A stretch of DNA of 60,416 nt, counting the filler, from Nemertoderma westbladi (taxonomy: Eukaryota; Animalia; Xenacoelomorpha): the NCBI GenBank assembly GCA_032718475.1. It is 3 parts of 3 records of this genome, joined end to end, with 100 filler letters (N's around TTAATTAATTAA, not from the genome) between each part and the next. Parts side by side here need not be neighbours in the genome. Positions count along the whole stretch, not along the records: positions 20,522 to 38,228 come from JAUCBJ010002883.1; 2 more parts are not named here. One strand, written 5' to 3'. The position numbers were made by a program, and so were the translations under genes. Below are positions 24,715-36,219 of the stretch, in pieces. The notes under the pieces are model-generated. The model did not search any database. It saw nothing but the letters and a program-made list of their open reading frames with translations, and was not told where the DNA came from. How positions within the stretch are numbered: the first letter of the stretch is position 1; each line of letters opens with the position of its first letter.

Positions 24715-25894
24715 GTATATCCGCCATTGACGTACTGTTGTTATGTAAAAGGTAGACCTAATCACACCAGATACTAATTAAATTAATGTCTTAATAACTA
24801 ATTATATTCATTCATACAATAAGCAATGTAGCCAATTAAGGCTGTGATTGACAAATTAACCGCACAATTAATTAATTGACAAAACAAAAATCAAACTAGT
24901 AGAGATCATATCCAAACCTGTATAAATAGAAATAAACGCAACGATATAACTAACACATGTACGTACACTATATTAACTGTAGAGGGGGATACTGTCCCTC
25001 CTGCGAAAAGCAAAATATATTTATCAGTATTTTAATTAATGTAACTTAAGAAATTGAGCCTTATTCGAAGAAATTCTACATGGGCATTTTGGACCTATAC
25101 CGCCACTGCTTGGCTCTTTGGAAGTGTATTTCCGTAAAGCTCTATTGTATGGCTCTAGACCAACCCAAAGCAACATTAGTATGTGAACACAGAATTCCAT
25201 TCCCCATTCATTTCAATGGTAGCCAACTTGTCTTTCTTGTATTTGGGGTAGACCACTGGTTAGCTTTCTGCTATTGTGTTATTCAAAGATAGCGGCAGGA
25301 ATAAAGAGAAATACCGACCTCACTAATGGGCTGTTCCTTCAGGTCAGCTTAAGTTACAGTGTGAATGTTCAAGGGCGCCGCCAGTGGCCAGTCCACTCTG
25401 TCGTTATTGTGGCTTTATGAATGGAGTTCCTTTAGTAGTTTCAAAAGCTTTCATTCTATCTGCGGGCAAGAAGATGGGAGTTGAGTTGGGGTTGCGGTTG
25501 AGTGTGGGTGGAGTGATTGACAGGTTGTTGGAAGTTGTCTGATTCTGTTTGAAACTGTCTGAATCTGTTTGAAACTGTCTGAATCTGTTTGAAGTTGTTG
25601 GACTGTTGGAGTTTGTCTGAAAGTGTTTGAAGCTGTTGGATCCGATCGGTTCAGATCGGATCCGATGGCACTCTGTTGGTGAGCTGGACTGTATTTTACC
25701 CTTTAGTAGTCAAAGTCAATATACCCCATACCATAGCCAGCTTCAGGCAGGACTGTATGAAATGACTGACATTACTACTTTGAAATCTTTGAGGACACTT
25801 TGTCATTTTCTTGGACCACTTTTAGAAATTTGAGACACTTTTAGTTCTTTGAGAAAATCTCAAAGAACAGATGCAGTTTGAGACCCCGACTGTA

Positions 25895-26015
25895 TAATTC
25901 AGGTTAGCATACCTGAACGTTTATCGGGAGATGCGGGTTCGATCCCCGTTGGTGGCGAATTCATTTTTCCGCTCCATTTGCTATAGAGTTAGATCATCCT
26001 TAGTCCTGTTTAATT
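25895..26015 (+). mobile_element. tRNA-derived SINE-like fragment
   Basis: GGTTAGCAT... followed by T-arm/B box GCGGGTTCGATCCCCG. The 5' end is cut by a GACTG|TA MITE end and there is no intact cloverleaf. Confidence 0.55.
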
Positions 26016-27654
26016 ACTTAATAATATATATAATTTATTGACTTGAGGCAATACAAATATGAACAATAGAACACTGAAAATGAAACCAATAATATTAACA
26101 ACTGCACAACCATAATAATTAATTTAAAGTACTTTAAGAGCTTTAAGCTGCCTTGTGTCCAGATATTTTGTCATAAAAGTCAGGCTCACAAAAAAATATT
26201 AAATCAACTTAAAGATATAATAACTGTTAATTAAATTTTGTCAATAATTTTAGGAAATGTCACGAAATTTTGGTGTTCCTCACAAACCTGACTGAAAGAT
26301 ACAGATGATTTATCAAAAAATTTCTAAAATGACCCCCCCGCCCGGGCCAAATAGGGTTATTTTCCCCAAATTCGGGCAATAAAGGGGATATTTTAAAGAC
26401 AAAAATATTTATTAATAATATCACCCTACATTCCTTGGTACCATGCATACTAATGAAAATTATTTGAAGAGTAACTTACCATGGCATTCTACACCATCGC
26501 CAGAATAACCATAATTACATTCACAAATGAATCCACCAATAGTATTTGTGCAGCTCGCCTTAGTATGGCAATTGTGAGAATCAGTAGAACATTCATTTAT
26601 GTCTGAAGGATAAAGTATATTTTAATTAAGGGGGGGGGGGGGGGGGGCTGTGGGGGGGGGGTGTCTGGGGTCGCTATTTATAGGCCAAATAATTCAAAAA
26701 TCTTTCTTGGGACGTACCTGTTTGGGGGCCTCCATTTAGAATTTTTTTTTGTCATTTTACCAGTTGTTGCTGTGGCAAACCACTTAGAAAAATTTTTGTA
26801 TTTTCGGTCAATTTTACCGATTCCTGGAGAAAACTACATAGAAATTTCGTCACTATAACGGCCTCCCCAGATCAAATGATAAAATATCTTATAATTTTGG
26901 ATCAAAATAAAAAATCAACTTCTCCCAAACTGCAAAATGCCCATACTCCCAGCTATTTAGTTAGGGGGCCCCAATTTTCAAATATTTATTGAATTAAAAT
27001 TAATTATTTAAACTTAAAAATGCGCGCAATAGAAAAAAAGAGTAGTGAAACAGATGAATATGGAATGTCAAAATTTAGAAGTAAGGTCCTATATAATAAT
27101 AATAATATATATTTATAATGCGCCTATACGCGATATTCTAGGCGCTTTGGTACAAATAATGTATGAACATCAATATACGTAGAATACACCATACATACAG
27201 ACTAATGTAACATGATTGCATAAAAACTGACTATAATATAAAATATTTAATAGATTGCAATAGATTTGCAGTAAAAATATGTAGTTCATAATAAAATAAA
27301 AATCGTTACGAAATTGAGATTTTAGTAATATATAAAAATATTCCATCCTATGGGTATTAAAAACATACATGAGAACATAAAATACAGTACATATAAATAA
27401 AACAACAATCATTCCATGGTTAAAAATCAATAATACGAGAAATACAATATCATTATTAAGTAAATTAAAACATTATATATATATATGATACATAAATAAA
27501 ACAATTCAAACGGCAGTTTTAATTTTTCTTAAAGATTAATTTTAAAAATAATTTACCAAAATACAAAACCAATAAAAATAGAAATAAAGCGAAATGAAAT
27601 GAAATAAAATAAATAAAATCAGAGGCAATAAAATATGAACTAAAAGCTTCAATA

Positions 27655-27737
27655 AAATAATGAGTTTTTAACAAACGTTTGAAGGACAATAAACTGGAAG
27701 TGTTTCTGATATCATTCGGTAACGAATTCCATACCAA
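27655..27737 (-). mobile_element. L2-clade LINE, 3' piece
   Basis: LVWNSLPNDIRNTSSLLSFKRLLKTHYF, which continues GRRAFSVAAPL from 30643 once the RTE is removed. Confidence 0.85.
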
Positions 27738-30642
27738 CTACTACTAGGATCGGCATGCTGCATTGCAGCTGCATTTTTAAGAATGCTGTGCCGGCTTATT
27801 GACAAAATTGCACCGCCACAACTCCCTATCACCCATGACATTTGCTAGATCATCCGCATCTTCAAGGCCAGTGTCCTTTAAGATGCGTCTCAAGAAAGTC
27901 ATGGGCTGTCCACCATGCTTATTCACTCCATGAGGCTGCCAAAGTACAAGATTATGCACTGGCTGGTCCTCACGGCGAAAGCAATGTCCTGCAAAGCGGA
28001 GGCGATTTTGTTCTACTGTCAAGCTTGGGGGAACCAATGAGACACCTCCAATGTTATATATTGTCTGGTTGGAGATGTGTGCATTGAACTTGACACAATG
28101 AACCCGGCGTAGCATTCTTGTGAATGTGTCATCCAGAGATTTGGTGTCCTCAGCAGTTAGAGCCCAGCATGGACTCCCATAGAGGAGTACTGGAACTACT
28201 ACTGCTCTAAATAACCGGACCTTAAGTTTCCGCTTAATTATCGGTGACTTCCAAATCCTGGAAAGCCTATTCAAGGCTGCCCATGCCTTTCCCTTACGTA
28301 TTCGAAGGTCCTCACCTGACTTCCGAATCCATGATCCCTGATCCATGATTTTAATAAAAAGACTAACACTAGAAGCAGCATGTTCTAATGAGCTGAGGAG
28401 CCGTTAGGCTCCCTCTAGTGATTCTGAGAGTACTCCTAAGTCATCAGCAAAGACTAGATCAGTTATGTACTTGGCAGGATTTCCTCGACTTCTGGAGCCA
28501 GTAGGTGGAGTTATCATCACCCCATCATCATTATGATGATCTAAGGACATGCGTAGAACATAGTCAACAACAATTATGAACAAGAATGGTGCAAGTTTGT
28601 CTCCCTGGAGGACGCCCCATAACACTTCAAATGGTACAATGGTTTAAATGGTTTAAATGGTCAACAGTAGACACAAATGTTGTCGAACCATCGTATACTG
28701 ATCTGATTGCTGCAATAATTTCATCAGGAATCCCATTTAATGAAAGTATGCTGAACATACGTGAGCGAGAGACTGAATCAAAGGCCTTGAAGAAGTCAAC
28801 AAAGATAACAGCCAGATGCCTGTCTTTCTTTTTTGATAACTCTTCAATTATCCTTCTAAGTGCCAAAATGGGGTCCATGGTCCCACGACCTTTACGGAAC
28901 CCATTCTGATTTCCACGGAGCAGTCTCTCAATGGGATCTCTTATGGGATTTAATAGAATTCTATTGTATAGCTTTGCAGCAATTGAGATCAATGAGATTC
29001 CCCGAAAAGAACCATAGAGTGTTAGGTTGCCCTTCTTGGGAACTGGCACCAACTTATTTGTTTTCATTTCTTGTGGGACTCTTGTTGTACGGTACATGTC
29101 TACTATGATGGGATAGATGAGCTTTAAACACTCAGGTATTTTAAAGACCTCAGGGGGAACACCATCTACTCCACTGGCACGATTGGTCTTAATGCTCTTT
29201 GCAGCAGCCTTCACTTCTGCAAAGGATATATCACCAATGGTAGTACAGACACAGACACTTTTACTTCTATAAAGTTATCAGGCAATACCCTGTCATTATT
29301 GAGGAGCTTTTCAAAGTGGGCCTTCCAACCATTGAGGCGATCGGCTGGTGATTCAGCCTTAACCTTGGTGGTTGGTTGGCTTTTTCGACCAGCAAGCAAG
29401 TTGATCGATCTCCATGCCTGGGATGATTGCCTGCTGTCGTCAGCATCATTGATGGCATCAACCTGTTGGTTTATTAGCTCCTGTAAATTAATCGAGTACT
29501 GCCTGTTCAGGGACCTAGATGCAGCCATAACTGCATTCTTGGCCGCTGTAGTCTGTTTGAGTCGGGACTCCTTCTGCGCCTTGTAGAGGTCATTTCGGCA
29601 CTTCTGAATTTTGTTGTTAGTCCAGGGGGCCCGTTTCCTGTTTCGAGGGTATACAGGAACTGTTTCTGCAGCTGCTAACTTAATTGCCTCTGTAAAGGCA
29701 GTATAGCCCTCACAGTGATCTGCCGCCTCAGAGGCAAGAGCCTCATACCTGTTGCTCAGCTGTAGTGTGAAGCTGGATCTCACACTTGGCTGTTGCAACA
29801 GAGAGGACCAGTCATGCCGCGGCAAGGCAGATTTCGTTGTTCTGCTAGCACGCAGACTAAGTCTTACCTTGGCCACAATAAGGCGGTGATCACTGGAGAA
29901 GGGTCGTAATGTAAATGCATTACAGTCTTGTATAGAGCTCGTGTATTTCCTACGAAACAGGATATGGTCTATCTGGGACTTGTGACCACTGGGTCCACTA
30001 TGAGTCCATAGCTTTCAGGTTTGCTTCTTGAACTGGGTTCCAGCCGAAAACAATCCATTTCCAGAGATAAAATCCTGAAGATGGACGGAATTTCGGTTAA
30101 CACTATTGCTATAGACCCAGGGCGATGTAGGTGATTGATGCAGACTTGCATTAAAGTCTCCCAGGAATGTTAAGAATGCATGCTGATCCACTCCATCAGT
30201 AGCTGCTTGTAGATTCTGGTAGAAATTTTCCACCTCCTCTACAGGAGCAACACTAGTTGGAGAGTAGCACACAATCAGAAACACCTTAGAAAACTTCTTA
30301 GCCAGTCTTCCAGAACATGACAAGTGGCAACGGATGATGCGGTTAGAGATTTGGTCTATTTTGTCCAATGCTGCATGTGCAGTTGGATTCATCAATAGAC
30401 CAATTCCACCATTGCCACTATTATCTGCCGAAGCGAGGGCGAGTCGCCAACCGCCCCCCATGTCTTTAATCAGAACCTCATCAGTCTGTTCAGTCTGCAT
30501 TCGGTGCTCTTGAACACCCACTGCACTAAGAGAAAGCTTATCTGCCAAGGCAGTCAGCTCACCTTGTCGCATTGGGGACCCGAGTGTTAGGGTGTTTACT
30601 GAGGCTAGTCTAGTGACTTGCCTCAGATTCACCAATGGGCAC
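27738..30642 (-). mobile_element. Near-full-length RTE-clade LINE (APE plus RT), frameshifted, nested in an L2
   Basis: APE motifs VGVQEHR, CYSPT, LGDFNA, DHI, SDHRL; RT motifs SFRGISLIS, QNGFR, FVDFFKAFDS, GVLQGD, FADDL. (TAG)n tail. CCAA is repeated at both junctions. Confidence 0.96.
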
Positions 30643-31020
30643 CCAAAGGAGCGGCTACAGAGAATGCACGTCTACCGTAATTTTCAAGATTGTAACGTTG
30701 TGTAGACAATAACATTGTATTACTAGAACGAAATTCACGGGTTGGACAGTACAGAGATATTAATTCACTAAGATATGTAGGGGGGTAGGGTAGGCGCCAT
30801 TCCATTAAGACATTTAAGTACCAGTACAGTAATCTTAAAGTTGATTCTGTAAGGAACTGGCAACCAGTGTAGTTTTTTCAACACGGGTAATATGTTATCT
30901 TTTATGAACATTGCAGAGTAATCGAGCACCACTGTTTTGTACGTACAGTACAGTACTGTAGTTTCCTAATACTCCGTTGTGGTAGAACACAATATAGTGC
31001 TGTAATCTAACTTGTTGGAA
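30643..31020 (-). mobile_element. L2-clade LINE, middle piece
   Basis: SNKLDY...VQNSGARLL...ILPVLKKLHWLPVPYRINFKI...LNGMAP..YLSELI...GRRAFSVAAPL. Confidence 0.88.
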
Positions 31021-31024
31021 TTAA

Positions 31025-32585
31025 CCCTATTAGTACCTATTAGTATAAAATGTTGTACAAATACCAGGGGGGGGGGGTCATATTGACCCTCCCTCTAAAA
31101 TCTACAAATATTTACGAAAACGTCTCATTTTTTGTTTGTACGTAGGTATCACTTGTCTGGATCCGACCGAAAAAAAAAATTTTCGAAAAAATGTACTGGG
31201 ATGGTTATATTGCAGCACCAAAATTACAAGTAGTGCACAATTTTCACAAAATTTGAAAGTTACATTTTCGGCTAATTATTTTTCAATACAAGTTTTCTGG
31301 GGTGCAAAATACATTGGAAAATATTTAAAAATGATATGATTACTATAAATGGCTGCTTAGTCCTCTCTGCGTAAGAAAAAAATGAAAAAAACAAGTAACC
31401 AGCACTTTTCAGTAAGAACACAAAATTTTTCATTCACTTATACGATGCTATAAATTCACATTTTCAGGTTTTCGAGGGCGCTGATTCTAATGGAATACAT
31501 TTCTAATATGCCAGATCATTGATACTTGTATTTTTCGGCGTAATTTGGCAAATTTTGGTGCTAGCACCAAATGTCGTACCCATCACCAAAACGTACAAGT
31601 TTGCGATGTCCAGTGCTGTTTTTATGGATTCCATCGGATTCAGGACCCTCATAAACCCGTATAACGCAAGAAACAAGATGATACTATCTACTGATAAATT
31701 TGCATATTTTCCAAAATTTGGTGCTGGCACAACAATTTTCACCCACTGGCGAAAAATACCAGTTTGAGAACTCTTATGAAATTTTTACTGATTCCATTGA
31801 ATTCAGAACCATCACAAACCCGTATAACGAAAGAAACAAGGTGACACAATCAATTGATATATTTGATGGTTTTCAAAATTTGGTGCTAGCACCACATTTT
31901 GCACCCACATCCGAAAAATACAAGTTTCAGATGTCTAGTTCGATAATTATATTTTCCATTGAATTCAGAACAGCCATAAACCTCTAAAACGCAAGAAATA
32001 AATTGTCACAAGCAATTTTATCTATTGAATGGATTTTCAAAATTTCGTGCTAGCACCCAAAATTTGCACACAGCACCGAAAAATACAAGTTTGATACGCT
32101 TGGTGCAACTCGTATATATTTCATCGAATCCAGAACCCCAAAAAACCCCAATTGCGTAAAAAACAAGTTTCAAACAATCAATTTTCAAAATTGACTTATT
32201 TCAAAATTTGGTGCTGGCACCAAAATTTGGCACCCATCGAAAAAAAACAAGTTTGAAATTTCTAAATCAATTTATATGAATTCCATCCAATTTCTAACAC
32301 CAAAAAACCGGTGTAAATCAAAAATAGAGATGTTACAATTCATATTTAATGAAATGTAATTTTCAAAAAACGTTTCAAAAAAAGTTCCAAAAGTAGGGTT
32401 AAAAAATGGTGCTATAACTCGAAAAGTACCCAATATTTTAGAAAACGGTTTTCACTACTAGGAAGACAATAGATTTTTAGGAAAAGTCAAAAAATTTCAG
32501 ATTCCCACCTGCGTTTGTTTCAGAATTATAATAAAAAAACCACGGGGGGGGGGTCATATTGACCCCCCCCCCGGGTTTAATAGGG
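31025..32585. mobile_element. piggyBac-like non-autonomous element, copy 2
   Basis: Colinear with 21184-22721; TTAA at 31021-31024 and 32586-32589. Confidence 0.9.
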
Positions 32586-32854
32586 TTAAAGGTTTAGGCA
32601 GCCATTCTCCAAAGCGTTTGGCTGTTTAAGATAGAAAAGCTAAAAACTACATGTTCAGAGTTTGCAGTATATTTTTAACGTAAATAACAAATGATTTATC
32701 GAAACTAAACTAAATAACATGGGCTCACATTGGACCAATAAATTATCAAACACCTTTTGATTGGCCCAACTAATCTGTTCATGTGTTGTACGTACTCCAT
32801 TGGCTTGTCTAATTTAGCGAAACAGAAAATAAATTGCACAAAAATGTAAATTTT

Positions 32855-33029
32855 ACCGACCCAGATTCGAACACTCGACCTATCTCAAGTGTGATCCACG
32901 CGTTAACCTACTGGGCCACCTACGGGGCCTACTGTGGTGGTGGAATTTTGTCGATAAGCCGGCACACCATTCTTAAAAATTCAGCTGCAATGAAGCATGC
33001 CGATCCTAGTAGTACTGGGCCACTGGACC
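32855..33029 (-). mobile_element. tRNA-derived SINE head interrupted by an RTE 3' stub
   Basis: Reconstructed minus strand GGTCCAGTGGCCCAGTAGGTTAACGCG...GAGTGTTCGAATCTGGGTCGG carries A and B boxes. The RTE tail at about 32933-33012 (+) is flanked by an 11-bp TSD TACTGGGCCAC. Confidence 0.75.
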
Positions 33030-33169
33030 AGTTGTAACACGTGCCAAAACACGTGCATATACGAATTTATAACAAACTGTAAAGCAAGGCAAATATGTCG
33101 GATTTTAAATTTTTTACGTAGTACCAATTACAAATAGCTATCTAATAGTGAAATAATTCCACAGGAGTA

Positions 33170-33450
33170 TCTATGTTGCATTCGTAACATCAAAATCCGA
33201 AACTATTAAATCAAATACATTTTTGTCATTACCTGGGAAAGAACTTCTTGCTGCATCAGTGGCAGCTGAGTTAACAGATATGGTTAACACCAACTTATAT
33301 TTTCCACTAACATTAACATTATGGACAGATTCTATGCTTGTACTAGCATACCTGGTCACTCAGTTCCCTTTGAAAACCTTTGAGGCAAATAAAAGATCTA
33401 AATTTTAGATCTCACTATAATTGATCAATGGAGATGGTGCCCTGGAGAGA
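33170..33450 (+). mobile_element. BEL/Pao LTR retrotransposon RNase H-region remnant
   Basis: SLPGKELLAASVAAEL...LWTDSMLVLAYL...LKTFEANKRSK...DQWRWCPG resembles the Pao TIPRLEL/WTDS/FVANR/QWRHVP motifs. Confidence 0.75.
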
Positions 33451-34341
33451 CATTAATATAGCTATTATAGCCTCCATAGGAACAACAATCGAAAAACTAT
33501 TGGAAAATACCCAATGGACTAATTAATTAAATAAATATTATTTTTTTGTCTGTATCTGTATTTGTAAAATTAGGATCTGATATTTAGTTGCGGCAAGAGA
33601 GAGTATTTCACTTTCGTTATTAAACTGTTGTTTTCTGTCCAGCAGTATTGTTACATTTAGGCCTGACCCTTTAGAATGATTTCGTACAGGGGGATCAGTT
33701 ATCGTTACATTTAGGCACGACCTTTTAGGCTGATTCAGACAGGGGTAATCAGCATTGTTACGCTAGGTCTGTTAACCACCTAGCTCGTATATAAACCATA
33801 TAAATCACACCGCGGCAAGTTACTGTATTTAGGACTGTCAGTGATAGTTAGGATTCGCTGCGCGGGGATTGTTTTCCCGTGAGTTTGGTCTGTTACTGTA
33901 ACTGTACATCTGCCTCACCGGTTGGAGGACAGGTATCCTTTTGTCTAGTACGTAGGCATTAGACCCGCTCACGTACCTAGAATAGATACTAGGCTCTGTT
34001 CCTCGCCAGTAGTCGTTTGTGTATTGTATCTGTTTGTTTAGATATCCTGGACTGGGATTTGTTGTCAGATACTGTACGAGCCCGTATACATTACTTGAGT
34101 CTCATAGTAAGATACACCGTTACTAGGATCTGGTAAGCGGTATACTACTGGACCCTTACATTCTTAGTTTCTTTATTGTTTCTACGCAGTTGTCCCTTCT
34201 TGATAATTGATCAATCAAAATAAATTTCAAGTTTTTGGAGGATTTGTTGTGTTTTTCGATGAAATGCACGCCGATATTGCAACTTTTCACACCTTTTTTT
34301 ATATGAGATTTATAATTTCAGATAATTCAGAAGAATTCAGA

Positions 34342-35139
34342 GAATTCAGAACCATCACAAACCCGTATAACGCAAGAAACAAGGTGACACAATCAATTGA
34401 TATATTTGATGGTTTTCAAAATTTGGTGCTAGCACCACATTTTGCACCCACAGCCGAAAAATACAAGTTTCAGATGTCTAGTTCGATAATTATATTTTCC
34501 ATTGAATTCAGAACAGCCATAAACCTCTAAAACGCAAGAAATAAATTGTCACAAGCAATTTTATCTATTGAATGGATTTTCAAAATTTCGTGCTAGCACC
34601 CAAAATTTGCACACAGCACCGAAAAATACAAGTTTGATAGGCTTGGTGCAACTCGTATATATTTCCTCGAATCCAGAACCCCAAAAAACCCCAATTGCGT
34701 AAAAAACAAGTTTCAAACAATCAATTTTCAAAATTGACTTATTTCAAAATTTGGTGCTGGCACCAAAATTTGGCACCCATCGAAAAAAAACAAGTTTGAA
34801 ATTTCTAAATCAATTTATATGAATTCCATCCAATTTCTAACACCAAAAAACCGGTGTAAATCAAAAATAGAGATGTTACAATTCATATTTAATGAAATGT
34901 AATTTTCAAAAAACGTTTCAAAAAAAGTTCCAAAAGTAGGGTTAAAAAATGGTGCTATAACTCGAAAAGTACCCAATATTTTTGAAAACGGTTTTCACTA
35001 CCATGACGACAATAGATTTTTGGGAAAAGTCATAAAATTTCAGATTCCCAACTGCGTTTGTTTCAGAATTATAATAAAAAAAACCACGGGGATGGGGTCA
35101 TATTGACCCCCCCCCACCCCCCCCCCCCCCCCCCCCGGG
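34342..35139. mobile_element. piggyBac-like element, copy 3 (right half only)
   Basis: Matches 31799-32575. Ends CCGGG|TTAA at 35140-35143 and lacks the 10-bp terminal segment found in copies 1 and 2. Confidence 0.88.
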
Positions 35140-35143
35140 TTAA

Positions 35144-35300
35144 ACGCATGAACTAAGATTTCAAGATCACGTCTGGGAAAAAATCGTTTAACCTTAGAAA
35201 TATTCCTCAAGTGATAAAAAGAAGTCTGCACAACTTTACTGATTTGTTTCTCGAGAGTAAGATACTCGTCAATTAAAACACCGATGTCTCAAGCAAAAGC
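35144..35300 (-). mobile_element. L2-clade LINE, 5' piece
   Basis: DIGVLIDEYLTLEKQISKVVQTSFYHLRNISKVKRFFPRRDLEILVHAF, which joins NSNKLDY at 31024 in frame. Confidence 0.88.
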
Positions 35301-36219
35301 AAATTTGAGTAGACTTGCCTACCTGACTCTCAATAAGGCGCCAAATACAGTGGTATAGTATGTATAGTATAGTACAGACGTAATACTGTAGTAGAGTTTT
35401 TTTCAGAAATGGAAAAAATGAGAAAGCGCGTCAACATATACTGTAGTATAGTAAAGTATATAGCCTATATATATAGTATGATTGTGGTTTTAGTATTTTG
35501 GTTAGATTAGATAGTGAATACTTTAATTCAGTAATTCAATGTCCGAATCATCTAAGTACACATGGCAGCTGGTTGATAGAACAAAACTATAAAGTATATT
35601 ATTAAGTTATAGTTTATTGTTTTGGTTAGAAATGCATGCAAACTGTATTATATACTTTATTATAATAGTTAGAAAAAACAGTCCACTAAATATTTGCAGT
35701 TTATTTCCAAATTAAATTTGCGTGCAGTTTCCCCCCTGCCTCAATAAGTTATATCTGTATATTATTAAGTTTAGAGTTTGTAGGTTTTTATCTAAATTGT
35801 GACAGGATCCCGACCGGTTTGTGTTATGTCATGTTTCACCGCGTTCCAGTTACCACAAAAAGCTGAAATGCCATGGGCCGGTATAACAAAGAGTTTTATA
35901 GTTTTATCGTTTTTAATAATAGCTGATATACAAGTACCGATAATATTGACACAAGTAGTATATAGCTCTGGTGATTATGACGACGGTCAAAACTGTCTGA
36001 CTTCCACCGTAATTAATAGCCAACTGAACATAATTAACATTGAGTAATGGTTATATATATATATGCCACCCATGCTATCTTCCTGGTGAGAATATAGCAT
36101 CAACCAAATAGTGCGCTCCATTCCACTGGAATCTAATATAATATTGGATGTGATGTGGAATTATATTGTGGAACTATATTATATATTGCCTTTGTTCCTT
36201 CCGACTTTCTCCATTCGGA

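Larger units (their letters stand above)
23264..25691. mobile_element. 2.4-kb TA-flanked TIR element (Tc1/mariner/pogo-type, non-autonomous)
   Basis: TA|CAGTCCCGCTCACCAACAGAGTGCCATCGGATCCGATC at the left and its reverse complement (1 mismatch) ending GGACTG|TA at 25691. Subterminal TGTYTGAA repeats. Confidence 0.85.

Noticed and set aside
25895-25960. Functional tRNA gene
   Set aside because: The B box is present but there is no A box, acceptor stem or clean anticodon arm; treated as SINE-derived.
30425-30437. CTGCCGAAGCGAG (and TTTTAGTATATGT near 41805, GAAGATTAGCAT at 3311) as the missing U6 5' half
   Set aside because: These are isolated 12-13-nt matches, one inside LINE coding sequence, with no extension; chance is sufficient.
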